64,000 nt of DNA from positions 6,448,001 through 6,512,000 of the forward strand of contig JAQFVV010000009.1 in NCBI GenBank assembly GCA_028023455.1, written 5' to 3'. Origin of the DNA: Epiperipatus broadwayi. Taxonomy: Eukaryota > Animalia > Onychophora. This document shows positions 51,849-64,000 of this stretch, in pieces. How positions within the stretch are numbered: the first letter of the stretch is position 1; every line of letters starts with the position of its first letter. The position numbers were made by a program, and so were the translations under genes. The notes beneath the pieces were generated by a model. The model ran no database searches. It worked only from the letters and a program-made list of their open reading frames with translations, and was not told the origin of the DNA.

Positions 51849-52359
51849 TTTATAAACAATAATATTTAAACAGCATTAAACTGTTGCACATGCGCTTTGG
51901 ATTTTAAATATAAAATGAATGAATACTAACACTTTAACCACATGATAAAGTCTTTGGAAAAGATAGAATGGCCATCTATCTTTTCGAACCCAAACGCTTT
52001 TGTATGGGTGAATCTTAAGTGTTTGAAAGTGAAAGTATAAAGTTATTAAATAATCACTTTAAATTACTTTTACATGCTTGAATGAATGATGCTGGTGAAA
52101 TTTATTAGAATTTACGATACGTCATTCTTATTTGAATTTAAATGTATGTAAATAAGTCAATTATTTTATATAGTGCGATGTTTTTTTATAAACAATAATA
52201 TTTAAACAGCATTAAACTGTTGCACATGCGCTTTGGATTTTAAATATAAAATGAATGAATACTAACACTTCAACCACATGATAAGGTCTTTGGAAAAGAT
52301 AGAATGGCCATCTATCTTTTCGAACCCAAACACTTTTGTATGGGCGAATCTTAAGTGTT
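51849..52359 (+). repeat. ~337-bp tandem unit (1.5 copies) related to the 50881-51435 repeat
   Basis: Repeated starts occur at about 51849 and 52186. It shares blocks such as GAATTTACGATACGTCATTCTTA and CACATGCGCTTTG with the inverted repeat. Confidence 0.8.
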
Positions 52360-52671
52360 ATAGGAAAATGAATTACTGTACCTATAATTTCTTCTCTAAA
52401 TAGAAATCTTTTAGTAAATTAATGGTGTAGCTTCTAATTATGAATAGATTTTTCCAGATGACTTTTTAAATGACTTAAAATTTCCATTTTGTTGACACTT
52501 TTTACTTTGATTTTCTTGTGTGTGATATTGTTTTATATAAAATTTAAAATCTTAAACTTTCCTAGAAACTTTGACAAGCATTTTCAGATTATTATTAAAA
52601 AAATAGTTTTAACAAAACTTTATTTGCAGCAATGAAATCAGGTTACATTGTAGATAACTTTATAAAATATA

Positions 52672-53110
52672 TAAAACAGGCAAAACTCTCCATATAGTAG
52701 TGCCACTCAGTGCCAACCAGAGTAATCAATGGATGCCAGAAGGCTTGTGCATAAAATCCCCATCTAGTGCCTACTCATCCAATATCCCCAGACTAGTTTC
52801 TGGCTTGTGGCCTTCGTCAGTGAGGAACTTTAGATCTGAGAGCACCACACCTAGATCTTAGGATCTAATGCAACCCTCCAGCAGCCACCTTTTATCTTTA
52901 CTTAACTACAAAACCTTGAAAATAAAATTGAAAGCACAATAATATTTTCAATCTAAGCTCAATAGCTTATATAGTCACAAGCCAGAAACTAATCAGAATA
53001 TTGGATGAGTAGGCACTAGATGGGGATTTATGCACAAGCCTTCTGGCATCCATTGATTACTCTGGTTGGCACTGAGTGGCACTACTGTATGGAGAGTTTT
53101 GCCTGTTTTA
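52672..53110. mobile_element. Foldback/MITE with long TIRs, copy a
   Basis: Arms at 52672-52809 and 52976-53110 are about 96% identical. The superfamily is not determined. Confidence 0.8.
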
Positions 53111-54899
53111 ATAACAGGTATATGCTAGCATAAGGAATAGGGATCATGTGATACTTAGTGGTATAAAATATATACTAAGCAAACAAAGGGATATGCAAAA
53201 GACTTCAGAGCTTGGGCCATACAATCAAAGATAAAGATCTAATAATTTTTTTAATTATTTATCTATGACTTCTGATTTAATTAGCTAATATTTCAAATAC
53301 AATTTGGTTTTTTATATCTTGACACTTGAGACTACTTTGAATTAAATGCAGTTCAATTTGCTTTTCTTTCATATAAGTTCTTTTTCCAGTAGCTAATTTT
53401 TTTGTAAAAAATTATACCAACTTGCAAATAGACTCTAACACACTATTTCTCACTAACTCAATCAAAGATTTTCTCTATAGTTTTTACAGTATTGCTGAGG
53501 CAAAACCATCTGGCTAATATTTTAACAAATAACAATAGACAAACATTTTCTTATTCTTTTTAAACTTATATCAAGAATTAATTAAGATCTTGTATAAAAA
53601 ATCAAACTACTTTTGATTGTTTTTTACGTTCAGATTCTAATTATTGATAATTCTAATTAATTGTGTTTTGAAAGACATTTGTAATTAAAATTACACTTGA
53701 TAGTATAATGTCTAAACAAATTCTTTTATCTTAAGTATATATATTAAGCTTCTGTCTAAAAATAGGTTTAGGTATAGTAACATCAAATGATTATTAATTA
53801 TAGTTTATATAGTTTTTTATCCCTTGAACACATTTTTTTTTATCATCTTAATATTTAGAATTTAATCATAATGAGATCTATTTATTGTACATAATGTACA
53901 AATATTACTAAATCCACCACTTCCTTTATTTTGCTGTAATATTTTATATAAATTGGATTTATATAAGGAAAAATTTTTAGTAAATTAAAATAAGAGCGGC
54001 TGTAAAGAAGACTGCAGTACAGTTGTGTGTACATATATACAATAAAAAAATTTTTTTTGCTAAAAAGTGTTCAAAGTAAGGTGGATAAATTGGATTTATG
54101 TGCAAAATATAATTATCAAAAATAATCTTTTATTTGTATGCAAACAGATCATGAATTCATTTATATTATTTATTTTTCCAATTAGGTGTTTCACTTGTTA
54201 GATACTTTTTTTTTTTAGTATATTTTTTAAAGAAATTTAACTCATGTTCTTTTTCATTTTTCTAATAGAATGTAAAATTGTATTCTCTTGGAATTTATAT
54301 TGTAATAGTTTTTTGTATCTGATATCTAATTATTTGCTAATAAAATTGTATGGTGAAGTAATATAATTGACTGATAGAAATTGGATATATATGTGACTAA
54401 ATAAGAAATTGGTATTAAGAATAGATTGGTTTAGAAATAGTCCATTGAATACTTAGGAATATAGCTTGTCTTAATCTTAACAGTCATTCTGTCAAGAGAT
54501 AAAAAAATGATTGGACACAATTTAGTCAATAAAATCCTTGAAAATATTTTTCTTGTAATAGGTAATAATGATATTTCATGATAGTTATTACATTCTTTTA
54601 TATCTCTTGCATTTTTATAAATTGGTATAATAGAAGTACAATTTCATAGATTCATATCGAGTCATTAGTAGTACAATCATTGTTAAAGAACTAATCAGGA
54701 TTCTCCTATTTACTGAAGTCAAGAATAGATTTATTTGAATTTCCAAAGCACTTAATAGAATTCCATATCTTAATAATATATTAAGCTTTAAAATCCAAAA
54801 AAGAAATTTTAATGTTTTAACTGATATTAAAATTTAGCATGAATAGCAGATACTTCTAAAAAGCAAACAACAAATTTTCTAATGGTATGTTTGGATATG

Positions 54900-55160
54900 T
54901 CCTATTTTTTAATGCAGCAATCATAATATAAAGGTACTGGATAAGATTTTTAAAATATGATTTGAGAACATAAGATCAATCTGTATGTTATTCACTGCAT
55001 AGCACATGTGAAGTGAATTAATGGTAGCAGGCTTTTTAAAAAGCATTTATATTGTAAAGATTATCTCACAAGATATTTTAAAGAAGTGCAGTTTTGATTG
55101 CTTTCATTGGGATGATATAGCTGAGGATAGAGTACAATGGGGAGCTATAATTAAAACAAA
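54900..55160 (+). mobile_element. Decayed RTE-like 3' end
   Basis: WDDIAEDRVQW near 55108-55140 resembles the RTE C-terminal W..A.DR..W motif. Confidence 0.35.
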
Positions 55161-56880
55161 ATGTTGAAGTTTTTCAAAAAATAATATTTACTGCAAAAGT
55201 TAAAAGGTTCATTATAAGCTCAAATAAACAAAGTAAAAGTCCATGTGATATATGTAAATATTTTTGTTTTGATGGACTGATTTGTATCACAAAACTACTT
55301 TTTATTTTTTATCTTTTTATTTTTCTTCTGATGTGGAATAATCATACTCTTATGAATAATTCTAAATGATAATTCAGCTTTGGAGTGTCTAATCTATGAT
55401 TTGTACTATCTATAAAGTGTATATTTAGTCTTAACAATTTTAATCCTCATTCAGGAAGATGCTAATAAAGTAGGTTTGCAACAAGAATATACAGTATTTA
55501 AATGTGTTAGTAGTTAGCAAAAATTTGAATCTATTTTTGAAAGACATTTTGGATTACAGTATCATTAAAATAAATTATTGAAATATTTAAGTTTGGTGAT
55601 CTTAATAATATAATTTTTTTCACTATTTTAATGCAGAATGCATTCATGAATCAAGTTGTTGAAAACAAACAAACAATCAAAAAAAAAGGAACTGTCACAT
55701 AATGTCTGTAGTTTCTTAAATTAGTAAGATTTACTTGTTATCAAGGCCATGTCATTAAAATTGTGATTCAAAAGTTATCATAATTTTCAAAGAGAGCTAG
55801 TTCAAATAATTTGATATTTTGGAAGAAATCACATTTCTACTGTATTATCTTGAATTCAGAATAACTTTATGATGTTCACATTTTTCTTTTGTTTATGATT
55901 GAATCAGGAAGAAATATGTAGTTGCAAAATCTGTCAAGCTATTTTTTAAATGATTATAATCAATTGTAATATTTACTTCTCATCTGTTAAGATAAATGAT
56001 TTAAAAAAAAAAACAATACCTATGAAGATAATCCAGTTTTAAATTTTGTTACATAGACTGATTATGTTGCTGCAATAAAATAGTTATATAAATTTAGAAG
56101 TTTTCTGTTTGATGCATTATCCTTTGTTGTAAAAACAAAGATTTTCCATTATACATAATTTTAGTCTTGTAAGAATTATTTAATTTGTTTAGCTAATAAA
56201 ATTTTATCATTATTAAGATATAATTGTAGTTTGCCTAATCAGCAATGATATCATTATTTATATCAATTAAAAATATATATTTTGCTTAATTATGTTTAGC
56301 ATTTAGCTTAATTAGTAATGTACACTTGTTTAATAAATATAAGTCAAATTAATACATAAAACATGTTATGTGCAGAAACTGAAATTCATTTCTAGAGAGA
56401 AGCAGAAAGATTTTGCTACATAGGGAAGTTTTTTTTTTCATCAAATTATTTACCATCTGCTTCTAGTGATTCATATCTGTAATAAAGTCAGTATCAAAAC
56501 AATATAAATTAATCTCAAAATGATGATTATATGAATTAATCTCATTTGATTCAGTGTGCTGAGTATAAAGAAAAAAACATCATTAAAATATATGACCACT
56601 ACTTTCATACATCTTTGGATTCTGAAGCTCTGTTTTATCTTTTAAGTTACACTTATTATTAACTGACATTTTTTATGATGAAACTATTTTACTTTTATTA
56701 ATTAGAAAAAAAATAAAAATTCAAACAAAAATTATTTAATAAAAATAATAATAAAGTAATAAAATATTGACTAAATTTAGAATTGATAAATTTTTTAATT
56801 CTCATTAATAATTGCTTACTACAAATTGAATTTTTAAAAATTTTGTTCTTTTTGTGTGTATGTATGCTATGTTATATTAG

Positions 56881-56976
56881 ATAGAAAAATGGAATCAAGA
56901 ATGTGAAGTATTTCGTAAAAATCAGAACCAACTGGAACTGCAGTATCAAATGAGAGTTGCCAAATTACAAGTTGAG
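56881..56976 (+). CDS. CEP63: CEP63/DEUP1-family next exon (96 nt, phase 0/0)
   Basis: A TTAG acceptor precedes IEKWNQECEVFRKNQNQLELQYQMRVAKLQVE, followed by a GTATAT donor. Its 32 codons align with CEP63 [32 protein letters not shown]. Confidence 0.8.
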
Positions 56977-57499
56977 GTATATATTTTTTAGTAAGTCAAT
57001 GTATAATTTAATATAATTATGTTTCACAATAGTTTATAGATTTGTTTTATTTTTTGGTTGTTGTTGCTAAATATATAGAAAAAGTACCCCCCCCCCCATT
57101 TATTTATCTGTCACAAGGCTTCATAAGAATAATGATAGCTCATTCACCTGCCATACTTACATCATGAGTTTAAATCTGGGCAGAATAAACTTGAAAATTT
57201 TTTTAATAGGATTGGATTTTTTTTTTTTAGTAACTAGTTCATTCACAATCATTAATTGTTCAATATTGTTTAGAAAAGGTGTCTAATTATTTTTGTGTAG
57301 AAGATAAGGCAAGGATGAGAACCAGCTCTAATCTTTACTACCTAATAATTGACAAGAGTACTGACTTCTCTTTCATTATTTTTTGATGGTGGACTGTTGG
57401 AAGGACCTTTGCTCTATAGTGGCCTATTTAAAGACTATTTTGCTTCCTTACCTAGAGATAAATTTAGTATATTATTCCAACCCCTTTATTCAATTTATT

Positions 57500-58550
57500 T
57501 AGTTCTTGCTCTATTGTTCTAATAATCGTGAATGTATTCTTTATTAAGCTTATTTTTCAACATCTTTCATCTTCTCTTTATCATGCTTTACAATTTTTTT
57601 CAGTATATTCTACATAATTCTGCTGCTTCTAGAAAAATTCTCAATGCATTTCTTTTTTATTCTTTGATTTCTTCAAAATTTTTTATTTTATATACTCTTG
57701 TCAAAACAGCCAAATTTTCTGAATGTATTGTCCAATTTACTCATATCTTCAAAAATTCCTATTTTTTTTTTTTTTTTGTCTTTTCATAATCATCCAAGTT
57801 TTTTCACTGTACAAAGCTATATTGGAAAAAAAAAAAATTAAAAAGTCTTAGTTTGCAATTCAATTTTAATGCTTTATAAATTAGCTTTTTTAAAATAAAA
57901 ATCTCTTATAATTTTTATTATTATTTTTTTTTTCACAACTTGCATCATCAATTAATAGCTTGTTAAATTATTAAAATTATTAATTTGATTTTCAATTTTT
58001 TAACTATACAAACTTAATTTTTTTATTTCTAATTGTCTTCATAAGTAGTTGATTTTTGTAATTATTTTTTTATTTCATGCTTATTGCAATTATATAATTC
58101 TGTTTGCCATTTGTTTAAATTCATTTTCGATATCTTGTGAAACAATGCTCCATCTTTTTGTAATAATAATTTCATCTTGTTCAAATAACATTAATTAAGT
58201 CCCTCATTTAAACAATTATGCAAAACGATTATTATACAATATCATTTCACATCTCTACTTTAAACTATCTTTTTTTTTTTTTTAAGTTATCTATTTCATT
58301 ATATTATTATATTTTATTCATATTTCTACCAATATTATTTTAATATCTATCTTTTTAAAATATTCAATATTTTATCAAATGATATTTTTAGGTTAATAAA
58401 TAAATGTTAATCACCTGCTCACTTTCTAAATATAACTTAACATTTAATTTTTATAAATTTATGTGTATGACTTGATTGATAATCTTCTAAACTTCAACTT
58501 TTTCTCATAAAAATGAATCTAATATTGTTCAAAATTTTTACTAGCATCTT
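57500..58550 (-). mobile_element. Decayed LINE RT C-terminal fragment
   Basis: An ALYSEKTW remnant near 57790-57825 resembles LYG.ETW. The minus strand is purine-rich and pseudo-coding. Confidence 0.35.
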
Positions 58551-61500
58551 ATCTGTATATGAAATTATAATTCTTAAATTTTTATATTTCACTAATGGTG
58601 TTATAAAATGTAAGAAGAAAGTTTGCTAAAATTTTATTAGAAATGTTAATTTTGTTTTCAAACCTTTTTATGTATAGTCTTGTAGAATTCAGTTGATATT
58701 GTGTATTATATGTATTAAAAAAAGGGTTAAATATAGCGTACATTACTGTAGCTATCTTCAATAAAATTGTATCAACTTACACAATTTTCTATTGAATATT
58801 TTATTTATATGTGTATTATTTATGCTGAATTATTTTGTAAAATGACAACAACAAAAACATACCAAAACTATAAAAATACAAAATTATAAATGAATAATAC
58901 CTAAATTGTAACAATAAATAAAATTGTATTACATAATATAATAAGTTACATGTATTTTACCAGATAATTATTTTGTTATAACAAAATTATAAATAGAAAA
59001 ATGTATTGTAACAGGAGGAAAGAAGGATAGAGCAACAAATTTTCTTGAATGAAGTTGATCATTTATGATATCTGCCATCATTGAATAATCAAATATATTA
59101 AGAGGAATAGTAATATAAACACAAAATTAAGATAAAATATGAAGTAACTCAGCTTTGGTATAGCTATATGTTGTTTTGCTAAATGTAATGGGGTATAAGT
59201 TGGATAAATTATATTTGCATAACATGTAACTCAGCTAATTCCAAAATTTGTATAAATGAATGATGTTTGATGCTTTTGTAAATAAGCCTGACAACCTCTA
59301 AGTCTTCAAGTTTAATTTTAATCCTTAATGAACATCCTGGAGGTATTTTTGCAATATCAGTGGGTAGCATTGATAAATTTTATTTAATAGTGCAAACACA
59401 AATCAAACTTAACTGAATAAGTTTATTCACATGCACAATTATTATATATATATAAATAAATGTAACAAAAGAATTAACTGCAATTAAAAATTGCTTTGTA
59501 ATCTCTAAAGTCCATAATAATCGTTCTTTTGTGTGAATTGACTACTTCACAGACACAGTAATCTGATATAGTCCATATTTATGTGTGTTACTCTTAACTA
59601 AGGCTTCTTGCACATATGCTGATAATATAAAATCTTAACATTATGCTGATAACTACCTAATAAATTTGCCATCATATATATTCAATCGTTTCAGGGTTTT
59701 ATATTAGTCCAAACCTACATAATCTAACCTCATTAGCATATATTATCTTTTAATACATTCAAGGATAGTCTTGTATATAAATTTTCTAAAATATAATAAT
59801 AAAGAGGAAATTTTATTTATATACTGTCTGTATGTGAATAACTTAATAAACTTTATTAAATTTTAAATATATATACATATACATGCATAAACAGTCTAAA
59901 TAGTTTATTAAATGAAAGTTTCAAAATATTTAATTATAATACATAACATTGCACATCTGGTTTTTAAGTTATTAGTGTTAATCAAATTAAGTTTTCATAC
60001 TGTTAAGACTTTTTTTATTAAAAAATTATTTCAAAGTATTGGCAACATTTCCAGACATATCTAACCATAAAATTTTCACAATGAGGTATTGTTTTGTTTA
60101 AACAGGCAATCCATAAAGGCTATGGTAATGAGCGCCACCTTCTGATGAAGTGCTATTAACTCTTTCACATCTCTACTAGTTTTTCCCATTATAGCTCCTA
60201 GAAAGCATAAGCACTTAGAATGATGTGCCCATCCTAATTATTCTTCTTAATTACAACTAGAAGAAGAAATGTTTATATATACGAAAAAGAATCTAAAATA
60301 AAAATAAACCAAGTTAATTAATCAACAATACAATCATTTAAAGTAAGTTACACAACAAAAAATATTGATATTATCACACCAAAGTTGTAGTTATCATGAT
60401 TTCAACTAGTATATCTGGCACATATATTTTTGACGTATCATTAAATGTTAATTTAATCTTAAATGATTTGATTATTGTCCACTATTAGATGTGGAATGAT
60501 TATTTACATTATTATATTGTTGCAATGTCTGATGGATTAGTCAAAAATGACCCTATTAAGACTTAATCAATAATATAGGGGAAAAAATCAGATTTTTCTT
60601 TTTTGATTTATTCTTGCAAGAAATAGTACTCCCCTTGTTACAATTTTAACACAGAAATAAAATTTAAAAAATAATACTTAGTAAACAATAATAAAATGAA
60701 AGAAATTACATATATATCTGTCATAAAAGAAAAATGTAATATTTACAAATAACTAACCTCTTTAAGACTTTTCTAATGGTAATATTTAATTTTTTACAGG
60801 TATTAAATGTTTTAATGTGTATATGCTGTATGCTACTATTAGATACTTCTTACAATTTGAAGTGGACATTGTTTACAACATTTTAATTGGTCTGCTTCTA
60901 ACCTTGGCTTTAAATATTCATTATGGGTTTCCAATTATAGTTAGTTTTCACAATATGATTGTATTTATAGTTCATTAACTTGCAGCTTGATTTAAAGATT
61001 TTTTTAATAGTTTTAAGTATTCTTTTATAGCGGATGACACTTAGGCAGTAAGGGAAATCATTTCTGATCAGATCATTAATATTTGTTGTTATGGCAAATA
61101 ATAGTCTAGGTTTCAAATTTTATGCTAGGTTTAGGAAAGTCATCTTTCTGTCCTATGCACTGATGATGGATGCATGTTTAGCAACCTTTAGTCAGACATC
61201 TTGAGATAACTGTAAACATGAATTTTGCTTCTTATTATTATAGTGACAATATACTGACAAGTAGTTTCCTCACTATTGTCTAATTTTTTTCTTTACCTAG
61301 CAGTCAAGATTTATTATGAGGAATAGCTGATAATTTATTACTAAATCTTTCTTTTCCAACTTCATTCTCTAGTTGATTAAAATTGAAGACTGGTCCAATA
61401 ACCAGCCACTGATGTATGTACTGAACTGAACTGTAATTTGTAATAATTTAACTCTTCAAATTACCTTTTGTAATTTTTTAGAACTATCTTGCCTCTTCAT

Positions 61501-63244
61501 TTTATTAATGTTTCCTGGAACAACAAACTAATTTGCAAATAATATTTTGCAATAAGAAAAAATATAATTTTAAAATCTATACATTAATTAAAAATAGATA
61601 TATTCAAGCATTTATAGATTTTCCATTTATAGTCATGTTAAATGAATTTTTATAATAAATTTGATTGTCTTTTACTATTTTCCCCACCAATTATATATTT
61701 TTAAAGCTATATAATTGGCAATTACATTTTCTGATTAACCAAACTCATCTTTACAACTTAAGACAGCAAGTATTCATGAAAACTAATCTCCATTGTATGC
61801 AGCAATAAGGGTGGAAAGCATACTATAAAATTTATGTAGCTTTTATAATTGGCCAATATAAAAAAAAATTTAAAAAAATTTGAGCTTTGAACAATTCTGA
61901 AAATTTATTTTATATTTCTTTTTTTTTAACAGTCAAGATGTTCTGGATTAAATAAGTGAACTAGAAATTATTCAACACTGTTAATTTTTTTCCAAAATGT
62001 AAATAATTTTAAGAACACTTACACATAATTACTTAATTTATTGTTTATTTATGTTAGTTTATCTTTTTTTTTTTAAAAAAAAAAAAAAGATTATTTTGAT
62101 ATAATATGGTAATTTTTATTCAATTTTACTTTATTACTTCAAATCCTACTTGTTTATGTGTATTTATATAAAATTTTATCACCATTGTGACCTGATTCAT
62201 AGTTATCACAGGATATATATATATATATATTTGATAAACACATGTATATATTATTTATACACAAATCTATATATATATTCATTTTTTAAAATTTAATGTA
62301 TGGAATTGAAATATAGATATCTATCACAGTATCCTAAAGGCACTAATTTTTTTTAAGTATGCTCTATATTATGAAAGTGTGATAACATTATGGAAAGACA
62401 AATCAGTATGTTTTTAAGCTTTCTAGATATGATGATTAGATTTATTATTGTAAGAGTTCATCTTCAATGGTTTGGGCATATGATATGAAAGAGATATAAT
62501 AGACTTTCTATAAAGGATTCTGTGGTGAATTTACATACGGTTTTATGAACTAATATATATATATATTAGTTTATAACGTTTAGTGAAATAATAATTTAAG
62601 TATATGGTTTTATAGTAGAGGTAGATAACATTTGTATTATAAAGATGATTCCAAAGATATTTTAAAAAGAGTAATAATAATTGCTTTTATTTGGAGAGGA
62701 CATGTCTGAGGAAACATATTTGAAATCTTTCAAAAAAAAACGTTTGCTGCAGAAATTAAAAGACAAAAGTACAAGAGGCAAATACATAGACAATTTCTTC
62801 ATTGTAAGAAGTTGGGATTACATCTCTGTCAGTCTGCTTTTTAATGTATAAAATAGGATTAAAGAAACATCAACTTTCTATTTACTTTTTATATTATCAA
62901 AATGCTGTATTCCCCCCCCCCCCAATTTAACTACTACTTTTTTTATAGAGTTGTATGCTTTATGTCTTAAAAATATTCATTATTTTTTTGGCTTCTTATA
63001 TCACTTATATTTATTTTCTTTTATTTTTTATGCTTTATTAAATAATTGAGTTTTTTTATATGATGCAACAGTATTTCTCTGAAGAAAATTTCTAAATGGA
63101 CAAACTGTAAGAGAATTGAATCTTCTAAAGTATGTGTGAAGAATGTATAGAAGGAATAAAATTGATAGAGAGATTTTTAAAATATAGTGTTAATCTATAG
63201 TTTGTTCCTTTGAGGGGGGTACATATTAATATTAATATGAATAT

Positions 63245-63735
63245 TAGCAGTAGCAAATTCTCCATACAGTAATAACCACTCAGTGCAAGCCTTAGCAATC
63301 AATGGATGCAGGAAGGTTTGCACATCTAGTGCTCACTCATCCAATATCCCAGACTAGTTTCCTGCTTGTGGTTTTTATCAGTGAAAAGCTTTGGATCAGA
63401 GAACATTGCACCCAGTTTAAGGATCCAATGCAACCCTCCAAAGCTAGGAGCTCAAGATGAAAAACATGTCTTCAATCCAAGCTCATTTGTCTGTATAGTT
63501 AACTAAATAGTTAAAAGGTGGCTGCTGGAGGGTTGCATTGGATCCTTAGATCTAGGTGCAGTGCTCTCAGATCCAAAGCTCCTCATGGATGAAAGCTTAC
63601 AAGCTAGAAACTAATCTGGGGATATTGGATGAGTAGGCACTAGATGGGGATTTTATATGCAAACCTTCCTGCATCTATTGATTACTAAAGCTTTTACTGG
63701 ATGACATTTCTGTATGGAGAGTTTGCTATTGTTAA
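63245..63735. mobile_element. Foldback/MITE with long TIRs, copy b (same family as 52672-53110)
   Basis: Arms are about 200 bp (~63245-63445 and ~63524-63735). It shares the blocks CTCCATACAGTA, CAATGGATGC, CATCTAGTGC and AATGCAACCCTCCA with copy a. Confidence 0.8.
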
Positions 63736-64000
63736 TAACAACTTGTGTAAGTGTAGGAAATGGTGATCATGTAATGTTTTGATAGTTTAATATGAATGGT
63801 CCATCCTTAGAATATGATCAGTGAAATTGAATGTTTTTCACATACAAATATGAATTGAATATGGCTGCAATAACAAGGTGTTGTCTTTAGAAGCTGATGA
63901 TAGTGACACAAATATTAAATATTTCAACTACTTTTACCCATTGACATATAAAAAAAGAGATTTACTTAAAATTAAATTGTGATAAATAAAAAAATCTCAT

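Noticed and set aside
57000-64000. Search for further CEP63-like exons
   Set aside because: AG acceptors near 60800 and 61934 give no open, homologous frame. The next exon probably lies beyond the window.

Overview
This is very AT-rich animal genomic DNA with long introns and many transposon remnants. An invertebrate, possibly chelicerate, source is an inference only. Two host genes sit head-to-head, with 243 bp between their predicted start codons. COMMD2 is on the minus strand: exon 1 is 46302-46368, exon 2 is 3762-3839, and intron 1 is about 42.5 kb. A CEP63/DEUP1-family gene is on the plus strand, with exons at about 46612-46658, 46753-46948 and 56881-56976. The introns contain a young 5'-truncated RTE LINE, decayed Ty3/Gypsy elements (some nested), and two long-LTR families with tRNA-Lys-type primer binding sites. 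They also contain Penelope GIY-YIG remnants with hammerhead-like motifs, hAT elements, other LINE fragments and several long foldback hairpins. The most unusual signal is an antisense reading frame embedded in a ~2.1 kb LTR family. It is conserved between two diverged copies largely through synonymous codon changes. A second long-LTR family shows a weaker version of the same pattern. No prokaryotic systems, CRISPR arrays, rRNA or tRNA genes were recognised. All alignments and difference counts were made by eye.
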